In this document: piece by piece, positions 1-9,919 of the stretch
How positions within the stretch are numbered: the first letter of the stretch is position 1
Layout of the letters: each line of letters starts with the position of its first letter
From: Nitrospirota bacterium
Lineage (GTDB): Bacteria; Nitrospirota; UBA9217
Assembly: GCA_963754875.1 (NCBI GenBank)
Contig: CAVWHO010000016.1
Location: forward strand, 96,001-160,000
DNA length: 64,000 nucleotides
Direction: 5' to 3'
Notes under the pieces: generated by a model
What the model was told of the DNA's origin: nothing
Databases searched by the model: none
Seen by the model: the letters and a program-made list of their open reading frames with translations, nothing else
Made by a program: the position numbers and the translations under genes

Positions 1-1
1 G

Positions 2-3000
2 AAGGCCCGTCTCTCAACAGGACGCGGCCGCGTATCGCCCTTTGCTCTGTTCCCGGTGGAGCCCGGAGGTACGCCCGCCACGCTCGACAGGGACTATGAA
101 TCCTTCTGCAGAGCGCCCGGCGCTCCGCATATATCGGGTAGCTTCCTCCTGTCTGCATTCGACCGGGCATTGCGTTTTGTCCCTGAAGTGCAGCTCCATG
201 ACGCCCGCCTCCGAAACCGCTGGACCGAACTCACTGATTGGTTCAAACAGAACTGCCGCGACAAGAAATTCGAGGGACTTTTTATCGAACGGTATATCGA
301 GAAAATCCACGGCCTTCCTGACGAGGTCATCGATGCCGTCAAGAACAATAAGTGGCTCGCCACGTACGTTCCGAAATCCGAGGACGGGCTCGGATGGCGC
401 AAGGCTGAATATTACATCCTGAATTCCGCGGCAGGGAGCTTCGGTGACGCAGGCATCGATCTCCTCATCATGGCAAGCACGAGCATCGGCACAACACCCA
501 TTCTCCTGGGACTCGAGGACGAGCTGCCGCGCGTGCGCCAGGAACTGGCGCCCCTGGCACAGGATGCAGGCATTCTGGGCGAGATCAACACAAAGCTTTC
601 CAGGATCATCGGGATGTTCTCGAACCCCAACCCGTCCCTGATCAGGAAAGAATACGAAGCGCTGATAAAACTCGTGGACGTCCGGGTCCGCCGCACCCGA
701 GTGGTCAAGTATCTGGCCGCAAATTTCCTGCGCGCTTTTTACAGCGCAGGCATTGCAGGCAGGCGCGGCGATTTCAGCGGGTTCACTGCAAACCTCAAAC
801 ACGCAGGCGGCCTTTTCGAAAACATCATGCCCGATGTCCGTGCCGCCCTGGAAGAACTTCCTCGGCGCGAGCGATGCCATAAACTTTTCCTCCGTTATCT
901 TGGCCACGGCGGCGTGAGCGCCTTTGCTCTTACTGAACCGACCGCGGGCTCGGACTCCGGCGGTGTCAAGACCACGGCGAAGTTAGAGACGATAAAACTC
1001 CTTCCCCGTGATGACGGAAGGTATGCTTTCCAGCTTGACGGGCAGAACGACAAAAGCGAGCGCTATTTGATCGACGCAGACAAGATTGCCTTTACCGATC
1101 GGGGTATCTCATATCAGACGCCGGACGGGCAGTCTGCGTTAATTCAATATGACCGCTATGATTATGCAACTGACCAGGGGACGAGATACTACCTGTACCA
1201 GGGGAACGTCTGCGAGTTCCATGACATCGGCCAGGTGCGAAAGACCAATGCCGGGCTTACGTATGAGTATTACAGCCTGACCGGTGCGAAGATGTGGATC
1301 ACGAACGGAAGCATCGCGACCCAATTTTCCCTTTTTGCCCAGACAAACGAAGGCGTCACAGGTTTCATGGTGGACCGGCACAGCGAAGGACTCAAGGTCG
1401 GGGCGGACGAAGAAAAAATGGGGCAGCGAGGCTCGCCTACGAACGAAATCTCGATCGACGCTGTGCGCGTTCCGCGCGAGGCCGTGATCGGCTACGAAGG
1501 CCACGGCCAGGTGAATGCCCTCGAAACGCTGAACGTCGGGCGCTGCGGTCTTTCCGTCGTGTCCGGCGCGCTCAGTCGCAAGCTGTTGGAAGAAGCACGC
1601 CGAAATATTCCCTCAACGCCGGAGCGGGACCGATTGCTCGGCGAAGCTGCAGCGATCATGTTCGGCAGCGAGTCCCTTGCCTACTACCTCGTAGGCCTAT
1701 TCGACCGGCCTCACGAGTCGGTCCGCATGGAGTCAGCAATTGCAAAATATGTCTGCTCCGACGATATCCATGAACTCATCTCGCTCGTCGAGTATGCCTA
1801 CGGCCCCTCCGGCCAGACGGAAAAGTTCCTGCTCGAAAAAGCGCGGCGCGATGCGCGCATCCTGACCATCTACGAAGGAACGAATGAAGTGCAGCGATTT
1901 TTGATCCTGAAGGACCTGATCGCCATGGCCCCAGCCTGGTCCGAGATACCCGTGCCGCAGGATGATCCCGCATCACGAACGCTTGCAGAATGGAAGAACA
2001 AGCTGAGAAACCAGGTGAAGGAAGCGGCCCGCTTGCTCGGCGATGCGTCGTGGTCCGACGCGATGCTCCAGCCCGCACTTTTCCCAATTGCCGATACGGC
2101 GGGTGAGGTCCTGCGGCTTGACTGCATATACTACCGCATGGAGTGGCTCGAACAGCAAAGAGCGGTCCTCGAACAGGGAGATCGGGACTACGTGCTCGAT
2201 CTCCTTGATGCCGGCAATCGCGCTGCAGAAAGGTCCCTCGCGCGGCTTGCTTATCTCGACAAAAAGTACTCCTCTGCCCTGGCGCTCCTCCGGGAAAACA
2301 ACACTATGCCCGAGGTACGCGCTGCGGATGCCGCCCTTGATGCTTTTGCGGAACACGAAAGGGTGGCTGGCCCTTCTCCCGGCAGCGTGCGGGCCCAACT
2401 GAACTGCCTCGTCATTGTCCGGCCCGTTGCCGAACTTTCTCCGCGCCCGAGGATCGCGGACAACGCGCTTCAGGAGATCCTGTGGCAACTTGATCCATGC
2501 GATCTTTCCGGTCTGGTCCAAATGCGGGAACTCAAACAAGCAAGCGATTCCAGCCTGACCATCGACGTGCTCATGCCCGGCGGCCCCGAGTTTGATCATC
2601 TTTTGAGAACAGCGGCAGGCGCCCGCGCAGACAACCTCCTTCGCCTTGCTGTCGATCCTGCGGCAGGTCCGGGATCTTACGTGAAGGCCGTGAAAGACCT
2701 CGAAGTGCTGAGACCATACGATCTCATCGTGATTGGTGCAGACTGCCTCGATGGCGACCGGAGTCTCGGCGCCTATTTGGCAGGATGTTTCAAGAAGAAC
2801 CTTTACCGCAGAGACCGAATCGAAGCCAAACCGGACGGGACCGGCTTGACCCGTGTCGTACTGCCGGCAGTGATCAGCATGACCTCGCCAGTGAAGGACA
2901 AGGGCTGCGACATGAAATCGGCCGTAGCCGCCGCCTTTTCGATTATACGGGTAATCGGGCCTTCGATGAATGAGCCATCGACCGAGCCCGGTCGTTACGA

Positions 3001-4138
3001 ACGAGTATCCGGGAAAGAAACCATTGCGCAGACTGTGACGGACACGGCTTCGGCAGCGGTCTATCTCAAGGAGTTTGCAGCTTCAGCGAGTGCTGCAGCT
3101 GCCGGAGAGTATGCCGGTCCGGTAAAGAAGGGAACGTTTGCGCAGGACAGTGCGGTCTGGGCTTTGCTCGGACCTCATGAGCAGAAATCCAACATCGCGG
3201 TGCTCCGTGCTGCACGGCTTGCTGCCGACCTTACTGGCAGGAAGGCGCGTGCCGTCATCCCCGCACCGAGAGGAATGTGGCCAGCTCTCCTCGGGCTTGC
3301 AAAAGCCCAGGGGTGTGAGCAGGCATTCTGTGTGGACACGCAGGACAATAGGTTGTCGAGTGAGGGAAAGCGAAAAATCGTCCGCGTTGTCCAAAAGACA
3401 GCGGACGAGACATTTCTCTGTGCAGGGCCGGAATGGACAGGCGCATTCGCCTACGCCGGCGGCGAGTCCGACAACCCCAAGTCGCCTGTCCTTCTCTGCT
3501 CCGGAGTTACGGGAATTGAAAAAGGAGGGACCGGCTCTCTCGCCTTTGCGCTTCAGTCCTATGAAGGTAAACTCGTCCGGCGTTTAGTGCAGAAACGCGG
3601 TTCTTCTTTCATCACCACTGTCCCTGAAGCAGATTTCCCTGTTGCTCCGGAAGCGTTGACGTTCGACGCCGCAGTCCTCGACTTTGCAATTGACCCCGAA
3701 TTACTCATGCCTTTGCCGCCCGTAGCAGCCCCAACGCTCTCGCAGGCGGACGTTATCATCGATCTCGGTTACGGTATCAAGGATAAGGCGGGGCGTGAAC
3801 TGGCGGAAAAACTCAGGACAAAACTCGAGGCACTGGGACTCGCACCGATGTTCGGCGCAACGCGCAAGGTGACGCAGGACTTGAAGCTCCTGCCGCTGGA
3901 CGCCCAGATCGGCCAGACGGGCATCCGCGTCAACCCGAAGCTCATCATTGCGCTCGGCATCTCGGGCGCGCCGCAGCATATCGACTACGTCGGCACACGC
4001 GCGGAGATTCTCTGCTTCAATAAAGACCCCGAGGCTCCGCTCATGAAGCTGAACCAGACGAGGCCTTCACCGCGCGTTCATCCCATCGTGGGTGATCTTT
4101 TCGTGACGGTGCGGGAGATCATCGCCAGGCTTTCGTAA
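2..4138 (+). CDS. Acyl-CoA dehydrogenase fused to ETF beta and ETF alpha domains (5' end probably outside the window)
   Basis: ACAD motifs FALTEPTAGSD, GAKMWITNG, EEKMGQRGSPT, RILTIYEGTNEVQR; ETFbeta-like IVRPVAE...LDPCD...IVIGADCLDGD; ETFalpha FAD motifs ADVIIDLGYGI, GATRKV, QIGQTG, GISGAPQH, NKDPEAP. The frame is open from position 2 to the ORF-track start at 56. Confidence 0.9.
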   Translation, partial: KARLSTGRGRVSPFALFPVEPGGTPATLDRDYESFCRAPGAPHISGSFLLSAFDRALRFVPEVQLHDARLRNRWTELTDWFKQNCRDKKFEGLFIERYIEKIHGLPDEVIDAVKNNKWLATYVPKSEDGLGWRKAEYYILNSAAGSFGDAGIDLLIMASTSIGTTPILLGLEDELPRVRQELAPLAQDAGILGEINTKLSRIIGMFSNPNPSLIRKEYEALIKLVDVRVRRTRVVKYLAANFLRAFYSAGIAGRRGDFSGFTANLKHAGGLFENIMPDVRAALEELPRRERCHKLFLRYLGHGGVSAFALTEPTAGSDSGGVKTTAKLETIKLLPRDDGRYAFQLDGQNDKSERYLIDADKIAFTDRGISYQTPDGQSALIQYDRYDYATDQGTRYYLYQGNVCEFHDIGQVRKTNAGLTYEYYSLTGAKMWITNGSIATQFSLFAQTNEGVTGFMVDRHSEGLKVGADEEKMGQRGSPTNEISIDAVRVPREAVIGYEGHGQVNALETLNVGRCGLSVVSGALSRKLLEEARRNIPSTPERDRLLGEAAAIMFGSESLAYYLVGLFDRPHESVRMESAIAKYVCSDDIHELISLVEYAYGPSGQTEKFLLEKARRDARILTIYEGTNEVQRFLILKDLIAMAPAWSEIPVPQDDPASRTLAEWKNKLRNQVKEAARLLGDASWSDAMLQPALFPIADTAGEVLRLDCIYYRMEWLEQQRAVLEQGDRDYVLDLLDAGNRAAERSLARLAYLDKKYSSALALLRENNTMPEVRAADAALDAFAEHERVAGPSPGSVRAQLNCLVIVRPVAELSPRPRIADNALQEILWQLDPCDLSGLVQMRELKQASDSSLTIDVLMPGGPEFDHLLRTAAGARADNLLRLAVDPAAGPGSYVKAVKDLEVLRPYDLIVIGADCLDGDRSLGAYLAGCFKKNLYRRDRIEAKPDGTGLTRVVLPAVISMTSPVKDKGCDMKSAVAAAFSIIRVIGPSMNEPSTEPGRYERVSGKETIAQTVTDTASAAVYLKEFAASASAAAAGEYAGPVKKGTFAQDSAVWALLGPHEQKSNIAVLRAARLAADLTGRKARAVIPAPRGMWPALLGLAKAQGCEQAFCVDTQDNRLSSEGKRKIVRVVQKTADETFLCAGPEWTGAFAYAGGESDNPKSPVLLCSGVTGIEKGGTGSLAFALQSYEGKLVRRLVQKRGSSFITTVPEADFPVAPEALTFDAAVLDFAIDPELLMPLPPVAAPTLSQADVIIDLGYGIKDKAGRELAEKLRTKLEALGLAPMFGATRKVTQDLKLLPLDAQIGQTGIRVNPKLIIALGISGAPQHIDYVGTRAEILCFNKDPEAPLMKLNQTRPSPRVHPIVGDLFVTVREIIARLS

Positions 4139-4320
4139 CTGCAAGGGGATGTTGAAGAAACGGGGCTTTCATAAACCATAATGCCGACTCGATGCAGAAT
4201 GAGGGACATGCGGTTTTGCGCACGATGTTTGGAGGGTGCGTCCCTTCGGGGGGAGCAGGCATCAACAGTTCTTTGTTACATGCATTTTCCCGATATGTAG
4301 AAATGTATAAGTCAAAAACA

Positions 4321-4440
4321 GCGAGACGCTCCCCAGACGAGGTATCTCGTAGGCTATCAGCGGCAGCTCTGGGAGGATTTCACGCCGGACTCCCGTAGGA
4401 ATTGGGGATCATTAGGTTATTGCCCGACCGGTCTTCTCTC
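4321..4440. ncRNA. Candidate structured RNA element (unassigned)
   Basis: Nested pairing CTCCCCAG(4329-4336)/CTGGGAG(4369-4375) enclosing hairpin ACGAG-GTAT-CTCGT(4337-4350), in a gap between convergent genes. No family recognised. Confidence 0.25.
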
Positions 4441-4510
4441 GAATCGCAGTACCCCGCTTCGACCATTCCAGTATACCGACAGGTGTTAATAACCTTCACT
4501 CACTCGATAT

Positions 4511-5161
4511 CTACTGCCCCCCGCGCACAGGCCATACATAGAAATATCTGGTCTTATTGAGGTATTTCATGTTGCCCCAGACCATGTCGACGGCCCATGC
4601 CATGGCTGCATCGTTGGTATACGAGGTAGACGACCAATAGAAGTCGCTGGCCCGTACATTGGTGAATCCCTGGCTATTCAGCCATTCGGCGGTATTGGTC
4701 TGAGCGTTGTTAACAAGGCTTCCTATCTCCTTGAAGTTCGGCAAGCGCCAGTCATTATGTCCCAGGTATTTTTCAGCATTCAGTTTTGCCACATAATCAA
4801 GGGCATGCTGCCATGTAACCGCTCCGACGAATGTCTGGCTTTCTTTCCAATTAGGATCTCTTGTCTGCATAAGATTGCCGTTGGGCGCCCAGACAAGCCC
4901 CGTTAGATTGTCGGTAACCGTGGTATCAGCGTTTGCGGTAAACCGCTGAGTCGGCCAGGCAGCGCCTTTTTGCAGTTCTCCATCCTGCCCTGTATTCGTA
5001 CAGGATATGACGTTGCCTGAGCTGTCATAACAAGTCGTCTGGCCGGTCTTGGGAAGTCTGATTGCGGTATCCTTACTTCCACCATTGCCTACACTGACAA
5101 TACCCGTCACTATAATAACCGGCAATAATGCCGCAAACCAAAAGCCCTGTCGTACTTTCAT
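4511..5161 (-). CDS. DUF1566 (Lcl C-terminal) domain exported protein
   Basis: N-terminal hydrophobic segment; LPKTGQTTCY, TVTDNLTGLVW, GHNDWRLPN..E, YWSST and VWPVR motifs. Confidence 0.85.
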   Translation of the reverse strand: MKVRQGFWFAALLPVIIVTGIVSVGNGGSKDTAIRLPKTGQTTCYDSSGNVISCTNTGQDGELQKGAAWPTQRFTANADTTVTDNLTGLVWAPNGNLMQTRDPNWKESQTFVGAVTWQHALDYVAKLNAEKYLGHNDWRLPNFKEIGSLVNNAQTNTAEWLNSQGFTNVRASDFYWSSTSYTNDAAMAWAVDMVWGNMKYLNKTRYFYVWPVRGGQ

Positions 5162-5217
5162 GTCATAACCTCCCTATATTGAAATTAATCGATACGCTGT
5201 TAATGTCTACGACCATT

Positions 5218-5406
5218 TCATCGTATTTCCGTCTTGAAAAGCCAGCCCTGCGTCAACGTTATCAAAGCGGGCAGATACAGTATCGTCATTAAAGCGCTTA
5301 ACAGCATCATGCTGACGATGAAAGCGCCCACCGTAATATAGGTGTAGACCTGGCACAGTTCGTCATGGACGCACATGATCGACACATTTTTTACTATTTT
5401 GGTCAT
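5218..5406 (-). pseudogene. Chimeric remnant: DsrE-like N-terminus joined to an MMPL/RND transporter-like last TM helix
   Basis: AAGGAG RBS plus ATG at 5406 gives MTKIVKNVSIMCVHDELCQVY, then YITVGAFIVSMMLLSALMTILYLPALITL, resembling an MMPL C-terminus. Too short for either parent. Confidence 0.45.
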
Positions 5407-5746
5407 AGTGTTTCTCCTTATACATGCCAAGTTCTTTTCTCCCTGTAACCGGAGCATCACCAAAAAGCTGTTCCAGGCCATCCTGCATCAGGCTGCATGC
5501 CTGACAAATTTTCTTGTTGGCGATTCCATAATAAACATTCGTGCCTTCTCTTCTTGTCGTGACGATGCGCTCCATGCGCATGAGGGCCAGGTGCTGCAAC
5601 GAATTCGCCTTTGAAACTCCGAGTTTTTCGGTGATCTCGCCGGCAGTCAGTTCGCCTTCTCTAAGCAGGCAGAGTATCTCAAGCCTCGTGGGATTGGGAA
5701 ATATCTTGCAAAAATCAGCGTGCAGCTTCAATATCTCTTTCTTCAT
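5363..5746 (-). CDS. ArsR/SmtB-family transcriptional regulator
   Basis: MKKEILKLHADFCKIFPNPTRLEILCLLREGELTAGEI...SKAN..QHLALMR...RREGTNVYY; ATG at 5746 overlaps the upstream TGA (ATGA). The ORF track fuses it to the SQR fragment frame. Confidence 0.85.
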   Translation of the reverse strand: MKKEILKLHADFCKIFPNPTRLEILCLLREGELTAGEITEKLGVSKANSLQHLALMRMERIVTTRREGTNVYYGIANKKICQACSLMQDGLEQLFGDAPVTGRKELGMYKEKHYDQNSKKCVDHVRP

Positions 5747-6245
5747 GGCAGATTGCTGAACCCCCTCTTCATCTTCCAGAGGAAGTATTTCTCGAACCGG
5801 ACCTTCATCCACTTCGCCCAGATGGTCTTCTTCGAATAGGAACTCTGGCGCGGCGGAAGCACGGGATAGGCCTTCATGTATGCGGCTGTGTTTCCCATGT
5901 CCATGAGACAAACCACGCCGATTTCCGACGGAGGAGGCGGGGTCTTCCCGGTGATGCCGGCAGCGATAGTTGCCGCGGCAATCTTCGCCATCTTCACCGT
6001 CATAAATCCGGTCTTGGGAACGCCCCGTCGGCACCGGCGTCGCCTCCGGCGGTGCGATGGCCATGGTAACGCCGATGGCAAAAATATTTTTAAATTTCGT
6101 GTGACGATAGTTCTTGTCAACCGGGATGAACCCGCGGGGATTTCCCAACGGCATGACGGCAGGCACGCCTTTGAACGGCGGCGCGATCATGGCGAGTTTG
6201 AAGGGTAGCTTTGTGCCGTCCTTGAGTTTGATTTCTCCGGGCGTC
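5743..6245 (-). pseudogene. sqr: Sulfide:quinone oxidoreductase C-terminal fragment (5'-truncated, one frameshift near 6025)
   Basis: AMIAPPFKG...GFIPVDKNYRHTKFKNIFAIGV...TPVPTG then VPKTGFMT...VCLMDMG...PVLPPRQ...WMKVRFEKYFLWK across two frames. The N-terminal FAD-binding half is absent. Confidence 0.8.
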
Positions 6246-6413
6246 TTACGCCCGATTGCAGGGCCGGCGGGAGATCTTTTCCCACGTATCCCCGTCCACC
6301 TCATTAATATACTCTTTGATCGAAAAAACTTTGCCGCACGACGTGCAGCGGAAGGTGATTGTTTTTCAGCCGATGCGGAGTTCGACTTCTTTGCCGCAGA
6401 TCTTACACTTCAT
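6246..6413 (-). CDS. Dual CXXC motif small selenoprotein candidate (Sec at codon 16), not in the ORF track
   Basis: GAGG RBS, ATG at 6413; MKCKICGKEVELRIG-[TGA 6368-6366]-KTITFRCTSCGKVFSIKEYINEVDGDTWEKISRRPCNRA-TAA; two CxxC motifs flank the TGA; SECIS-like hairpin downstream. Confidence 0.8.
6333..6349 (-). promoter_or_regulatory. Bacterial SECIS-like hairpin
   Basis: GCUGCAC-GUC-GUGCGGC 7-bp stem starting after a 16-nt spacer from the in-frame UGA; the apical loop starts with GU, as in the bacterial SECIS consensus. Confidence 0.65.
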
Positions 6414-6438
6414 AAAAACCTCGACAAAGAACAGGTGT

Positions 6439-6519
6439 CAGCAGCCAGAATCCAGTAGTCAGGAGAACACGCCGACAATAATCGCAACCAAGCTTCTGGA
6501 TTCCAACTTCTGGCTCCTG
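6439..6519. repeat. Imperfect intergenic inverted repeat downstream of aspS
   Basis: CAGCAGCCAGAA(6439-6450)/TTCTGGCTCCTG(6508-6519) and AATCCAGTAG/CTTCTGGATT pairings. Confidence 0.5.
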
Positions 6520-6532
6520 CATACTGCGGCTC

Positions 6533-8305
6533 TTATTCCACCACATCCAGCTTGATCGACAGTTCTTTGAGCTGGGCCTGAGTCACGCGTGACGGCGCCT
6601 CGGTCATGACGCAGACGGCCTTTTGTGTTTTGGGGAAGGCAATCACGTCTCGGATCGACTGCGCGCCCGTAAGGATCGCCGTGATCCGATCGAGACCGAA
6701 GGCCAAGCCGCCGTGGGGCGGTGCGCCGTATTCGAGCGCTTCGAGCAGGAACCCGAACTTTTTCCTTGCATCTTCTTCTGCAATGTTCAGCAGGCCGAAC
6801 ATCTGTGACTGGACCTCCGACCGGTGGATACGGATGCTGCCGCCGCCGATCTCCGAGCCGTTCAACACGATATCATAGGCCTTGGCCCGTACCTTGAGCG
6901 GATCGGTTTTCATGAATTCGAAGTCTTCGTCCTTCGGCGCGGTAAAAGGATGGTGCATGGCGTCGTACCGCTTTTCATCGGCGTTCCATTCCACGAGCGG
7001 GAAGTCGGTGACCCAGAGGAAGTCCAGTTTGCTTTCGTCAATGAGGCCCAAGCGCTTAGCCACGAGCAGCCGCAGATAGCCCAGCGTCTCGGCAACAATC
7101 TTGGGGCTGTCGGCGATGAACATCATGAGGTCGCCGGGCTTTGCAGCAAGCCGCTCGGCCATGGATTTGACCTGGCCGTCTTTGAAAAATTTGGCGATCG
7201 GCGACTCAAACCCCGATGCGGTCACTTTGATCCAGGCAAGTCCTTTTGCTCCGAATACCTTTGCCTCATTCGTGAGGTCGTCCACTTCCTTGCGCGAAAG
7301 ACCGGCCATGCCGGGAGCGGCAAACCCCTTTACCTTGCCGCCGAGTTCCACGGCCTGAAGAAAGACCTTGAAGGCGGAAGCCTTGGCAATGTCGGAGATG
7401 TCCTTGAGTTCCAGCCCGAAACGCGTGTCCGGCTTGTCTGAGCCGTAGCGGTCCATGGCCACGTGATAGGGAAGACGTGGGAACGGCACGGCGATCTCGA
7501 TGCCTTTCACCTGCCGGACAACTTCAGCAACGAGCTTTTCCATGAGCGCAATGACATCGTCTTCGTCGATGAACGACATCTCAAGATCGATCTGCGTAAA
7601 CTCGGGCTGCCGGTCCGCGCGAAGGTCCTCATCGCGGAAGCACTTGACGATCTGGTAATAACGTTCGAAGCCGGCCACCATCAGGATCTGCTTGAAGAGC
7701 TGGGGCGACTGCGGAAGCGCGAAGAACATGCCGGGATTCACCCTGCTCGGAACAAGATAGTCCCGGGCGCCTTCGGGCGTGCTCTTCGTGAGGAAGGGTG
7801 TTTCGATGTCTACGAAGCCGTTGCTGTCGAGGAAGCGCCTCACGGTCTGGGTGATCTGATGGCGCGTGATCAGGACCTTTTGCAGGCTCGGCCGCCGCAA
7901 GTCAAGATAGCGGTACTTGAGCCTCAGCATCTCTGCGACATCTGTTTCGTCTTCGATCATGAAAGGAGGTGTCTTTGCCTGATTCAGGACCGTCAAATCG
8001 GTCACGAGCACTTCGATCTCGCCGGTCGGGAGCTTGGAGTTCACGGTATTGCCCGGCCGGGGCGCAACAGCGCCCGTGACAGCGATCACGTATTCGCTCC
8101 TGATATCATGGGCCAAAGCATGGGCATTCGATGCCGTTTCGGGGTTGAAGACCACTTGCGTGATGCCGCCCCGGTCCCTAAGGTCCACGAAGATGAGTCC
8201 GCCGTGGTCTCGTCTCGTGTGCACCCATCCCATGAGCGTCACGACAGCAGCCACGTCTTTTTTTGTCAGTTCACCGCAGGTATGCGTTTTTTTTTGTGCT
8301 TTCAC
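6533..8305 (-). CDS. aspS: Aspartate--tRNA ligase (probably non-discriminating Asp/Asn)
   Basis: [58 protein letters not shown]; likely GTG start at 8305 after GAGGGG; His in RDHGG is typical of non-discriminating AspRS. Confidence 0.97.
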   Translation of the reverse strand: MKAQKKTHTCGELTKKDVAAVVTLMGWVHTRRDHGGLIFVDLRDRGGITQVVFNPETASNAHALAHDIRSEYVIAVTGAVAPRPGNTVNSKLPTGEIEVLVTDLTVLNQAKTPPFMIEDETDVAEMLRLKYRYLDLRRPSLQKVLITRHQITQTVRRFLDSNGFVDIETPFLTKSTPEGARDYLVPSRVNPGMFFALPQSPQLFKQILMVAGFERYYQIVKCFRDEDLRADRQPEFTQIDLEMSFIDEDDVIALMEKLVAEVVRQVKGIEIAVPFPRLPYHVAMDRYGSDKPDTRFGLELKDISDIAKASAFKVFLQAVELGGKVKGFAAPGMAGLSRKEVDDLTNEAKVFGAKGLAWIKVTASGFESPIAKFFKDGQVKSMAERLAAKPGDLMMFIADSPKIVAETLGYLRLLVAKRLGLIDESKLDFLWVTDFPLVEWNADEKRYDAMHHPFTAPKDEDFEFMKTDPLKVRAKAYDIVLNGSEIGGGSIRIHRSEVQSQMFGLLNIAEEDARKKFGFLLEALEYGAPPHGGLAFGLDRITAILTGAQSIRDVIAFPKTQKAVCVMTEAPSRVTQAQLKELSIKLDVVE

Positions 8306-8607
8306 GGGCCTGATTCCCCTCTTTCGTCGTTTCAAAAACAGGCTGGATAATAGCATCTCATACAGCACAAAGTCAAGCGCCCAATGCAGGGGAACAGCGC
8401 CACGCGCCCCTGAAATCGCTGTCTGTCTTGAACGGGTTATGCTATAGTAAAAGACATGTCCGCCCGGATTGTCGCACTCGTGCTTGCATTCTTGCTCCAC
8501 GGTTCTGCGGGGCAGTCCCATTCCCAGCCAAAGTCCCTTATACTGAAGCTCGACTATATAGCGGAAAAGACGGACTTAAAATAGCGGTCCCTCCCACGGT
8601 CGGGGAA

Positions 8608-9332
8608 ATGCCGAAACTCGGTCTCGCGCTGGCTGGCGGCGGAGCAAAGGCCGCTGCATCGACCGAGGGACTGAAGGTCCTGGACAAAGAAGGTATCCCC
8701 GTGTCCTTCATTGCGGGGACAAGCATGAGTGCGGGCCCGTCGACACTTGAGACACGCGTGTCTGACCCCACTCCGGTATTCTTGTCAAGGGGTCCTACGA
8801 GATGGCGCAGCCCGGCTGTGGGAGCACCAATGCCTTTACGAAAGCATCAGTGTATGCTCAAGGGAACCTGCCGCTGGGAGATCGGCATACGATCATCATG
8901 GAAGGCTCCGGCAGGGTCGGCAGCGGCGAACTGCCGTACCAGGAAAAGTTCGGGATCGGCGGGGCAGACTATCTATTGGGATTTCCTCTCATGGGATACC
9001 AGCGCAGGGAATTCGTAGGTGCCGATGAGCTGAGGTTCTCGCTGTCCTACCGGTGGAAGATCAAGGACTACCAGCTCAAGGCCGTGAAGGCCCTCTGCCT
9101 GAACGTTGCCTGACAAGAGGCAAGTGTCTGGAACAGCAGGAGCTCGATGTCGTCCGGTAATTTGTGGAACGGGGTCGGCATCGGCCTGCACGCAGATACC
9201 ATTATCGGGCCCGTTAAGCTCGATTACGCAGTCGGGGGACACGACCGTTACGCGGTCTATTTTTCAGCGGGATTCGATTTTTTGAAAGGGGGCTGCGAGC
9301 ACACCTGCTCCCGGCACTCTGTACCGCTGTAA
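8608..9332 (+). pseudogene. Degraded patatin-Omp85 beta-barrel (PlpD-like) gene
   Basis: Patatin start LALAGGGAK...IAGTSM followed within ~200 nt by barrel C-terminal strands (GVGIGLHADTIIGPVKLDY...YFSAGFDF); internal TGA at 9111-9113; most of the middle is deleted. Confidence 0.7.
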
Positions 9333-9397
9333 TCATGCCTACCTGAACCGGTTCTGCTGAAGAGACGTCGAGGCACCGGTAACTCTGTGGCATTATC

Positions 9398-9751
9398 TTA
9401 TGTTAGATAGCGCAGGTATTTTTTCAGCCTGTCCATTTCATGCCTTGCAAAGCATTCTTCCGCTCCCGCATCGATCAGACTTGCCCGGTCCTCGGTTGCA
9501 GCATGATTCGTGAATATGATAATCCGCGCTGCGGGGTTGTTCCTTTTCATACGTTTGAGCCGATTGAAGTAATCCAGACAGAACATCCGCATATCGAGGA
9601 GAACGGCGATGTCCGTCGCGTTTCCAGGGAAAACGGTCTCGTTGAACGCCCCTTGATCTGCGACATCAACCGAGTGTCCTTCGTCTTCAAGCTCGTATTT
9701 GAGAACACTCGCGAGATTTTTTTCGATGTCTGCAATAAGTATCCGTGCCAT
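9398..9751 (-). CDS. Stand-alone, atypical response regulator receiver domain
   Basis: MARILIADIE...LEDEGHSV...VLLDMRM...IIIFT; the conserved Lys of the KP motif appears replaced (FARHE). Confidence 0.75.
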   Translation of the reverse strand: MARILIADIEKNLASVLKYELEDEGHSVDVADQGAFNETVFPGNATDIAVLLDMRMFCLDYFNRLKRMKRNNPAARIIIFTNHAATEDRASLIDAGAEECFARHEMDRLKKYLRYLT

Positions 9752-9919
9752 AGTTCCTGTTCATTCTTGACGATGCGAGGGAGTATTTTTCAATCTGGCA
9801 TCGCTGCTCTTTTTGTCCAGACTGTTCCGTTCCTCTTTTACAAAGCTTTCCAGTTCCCAATAGAGATGCTTCAGTTTACCGAGTGCTGCAGACAGAGCGC
9901 ATCAAGGTGATGCCGCTCG

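Noticed and set aside
14..907. Long antisense ORFs (also 7463-8350, 21664-22797, 26523-27530)
   Set aside because: Shadow frames of well-supported genes in GC-rich DNA, with no recognisable motifs.
5363..6304. 313-aa ORF as an SQR-ArsR fusion
   Set aside because: It results from the frameshift near 6025; SQR continues in another frame and ArsR has its own ATG at 5746.
9111..9113. In-frame TGA in the Omp85 remnant as selenocysteine
   Set aside because: It lies in a clearly degraded gene at a barrel position with no redox context.
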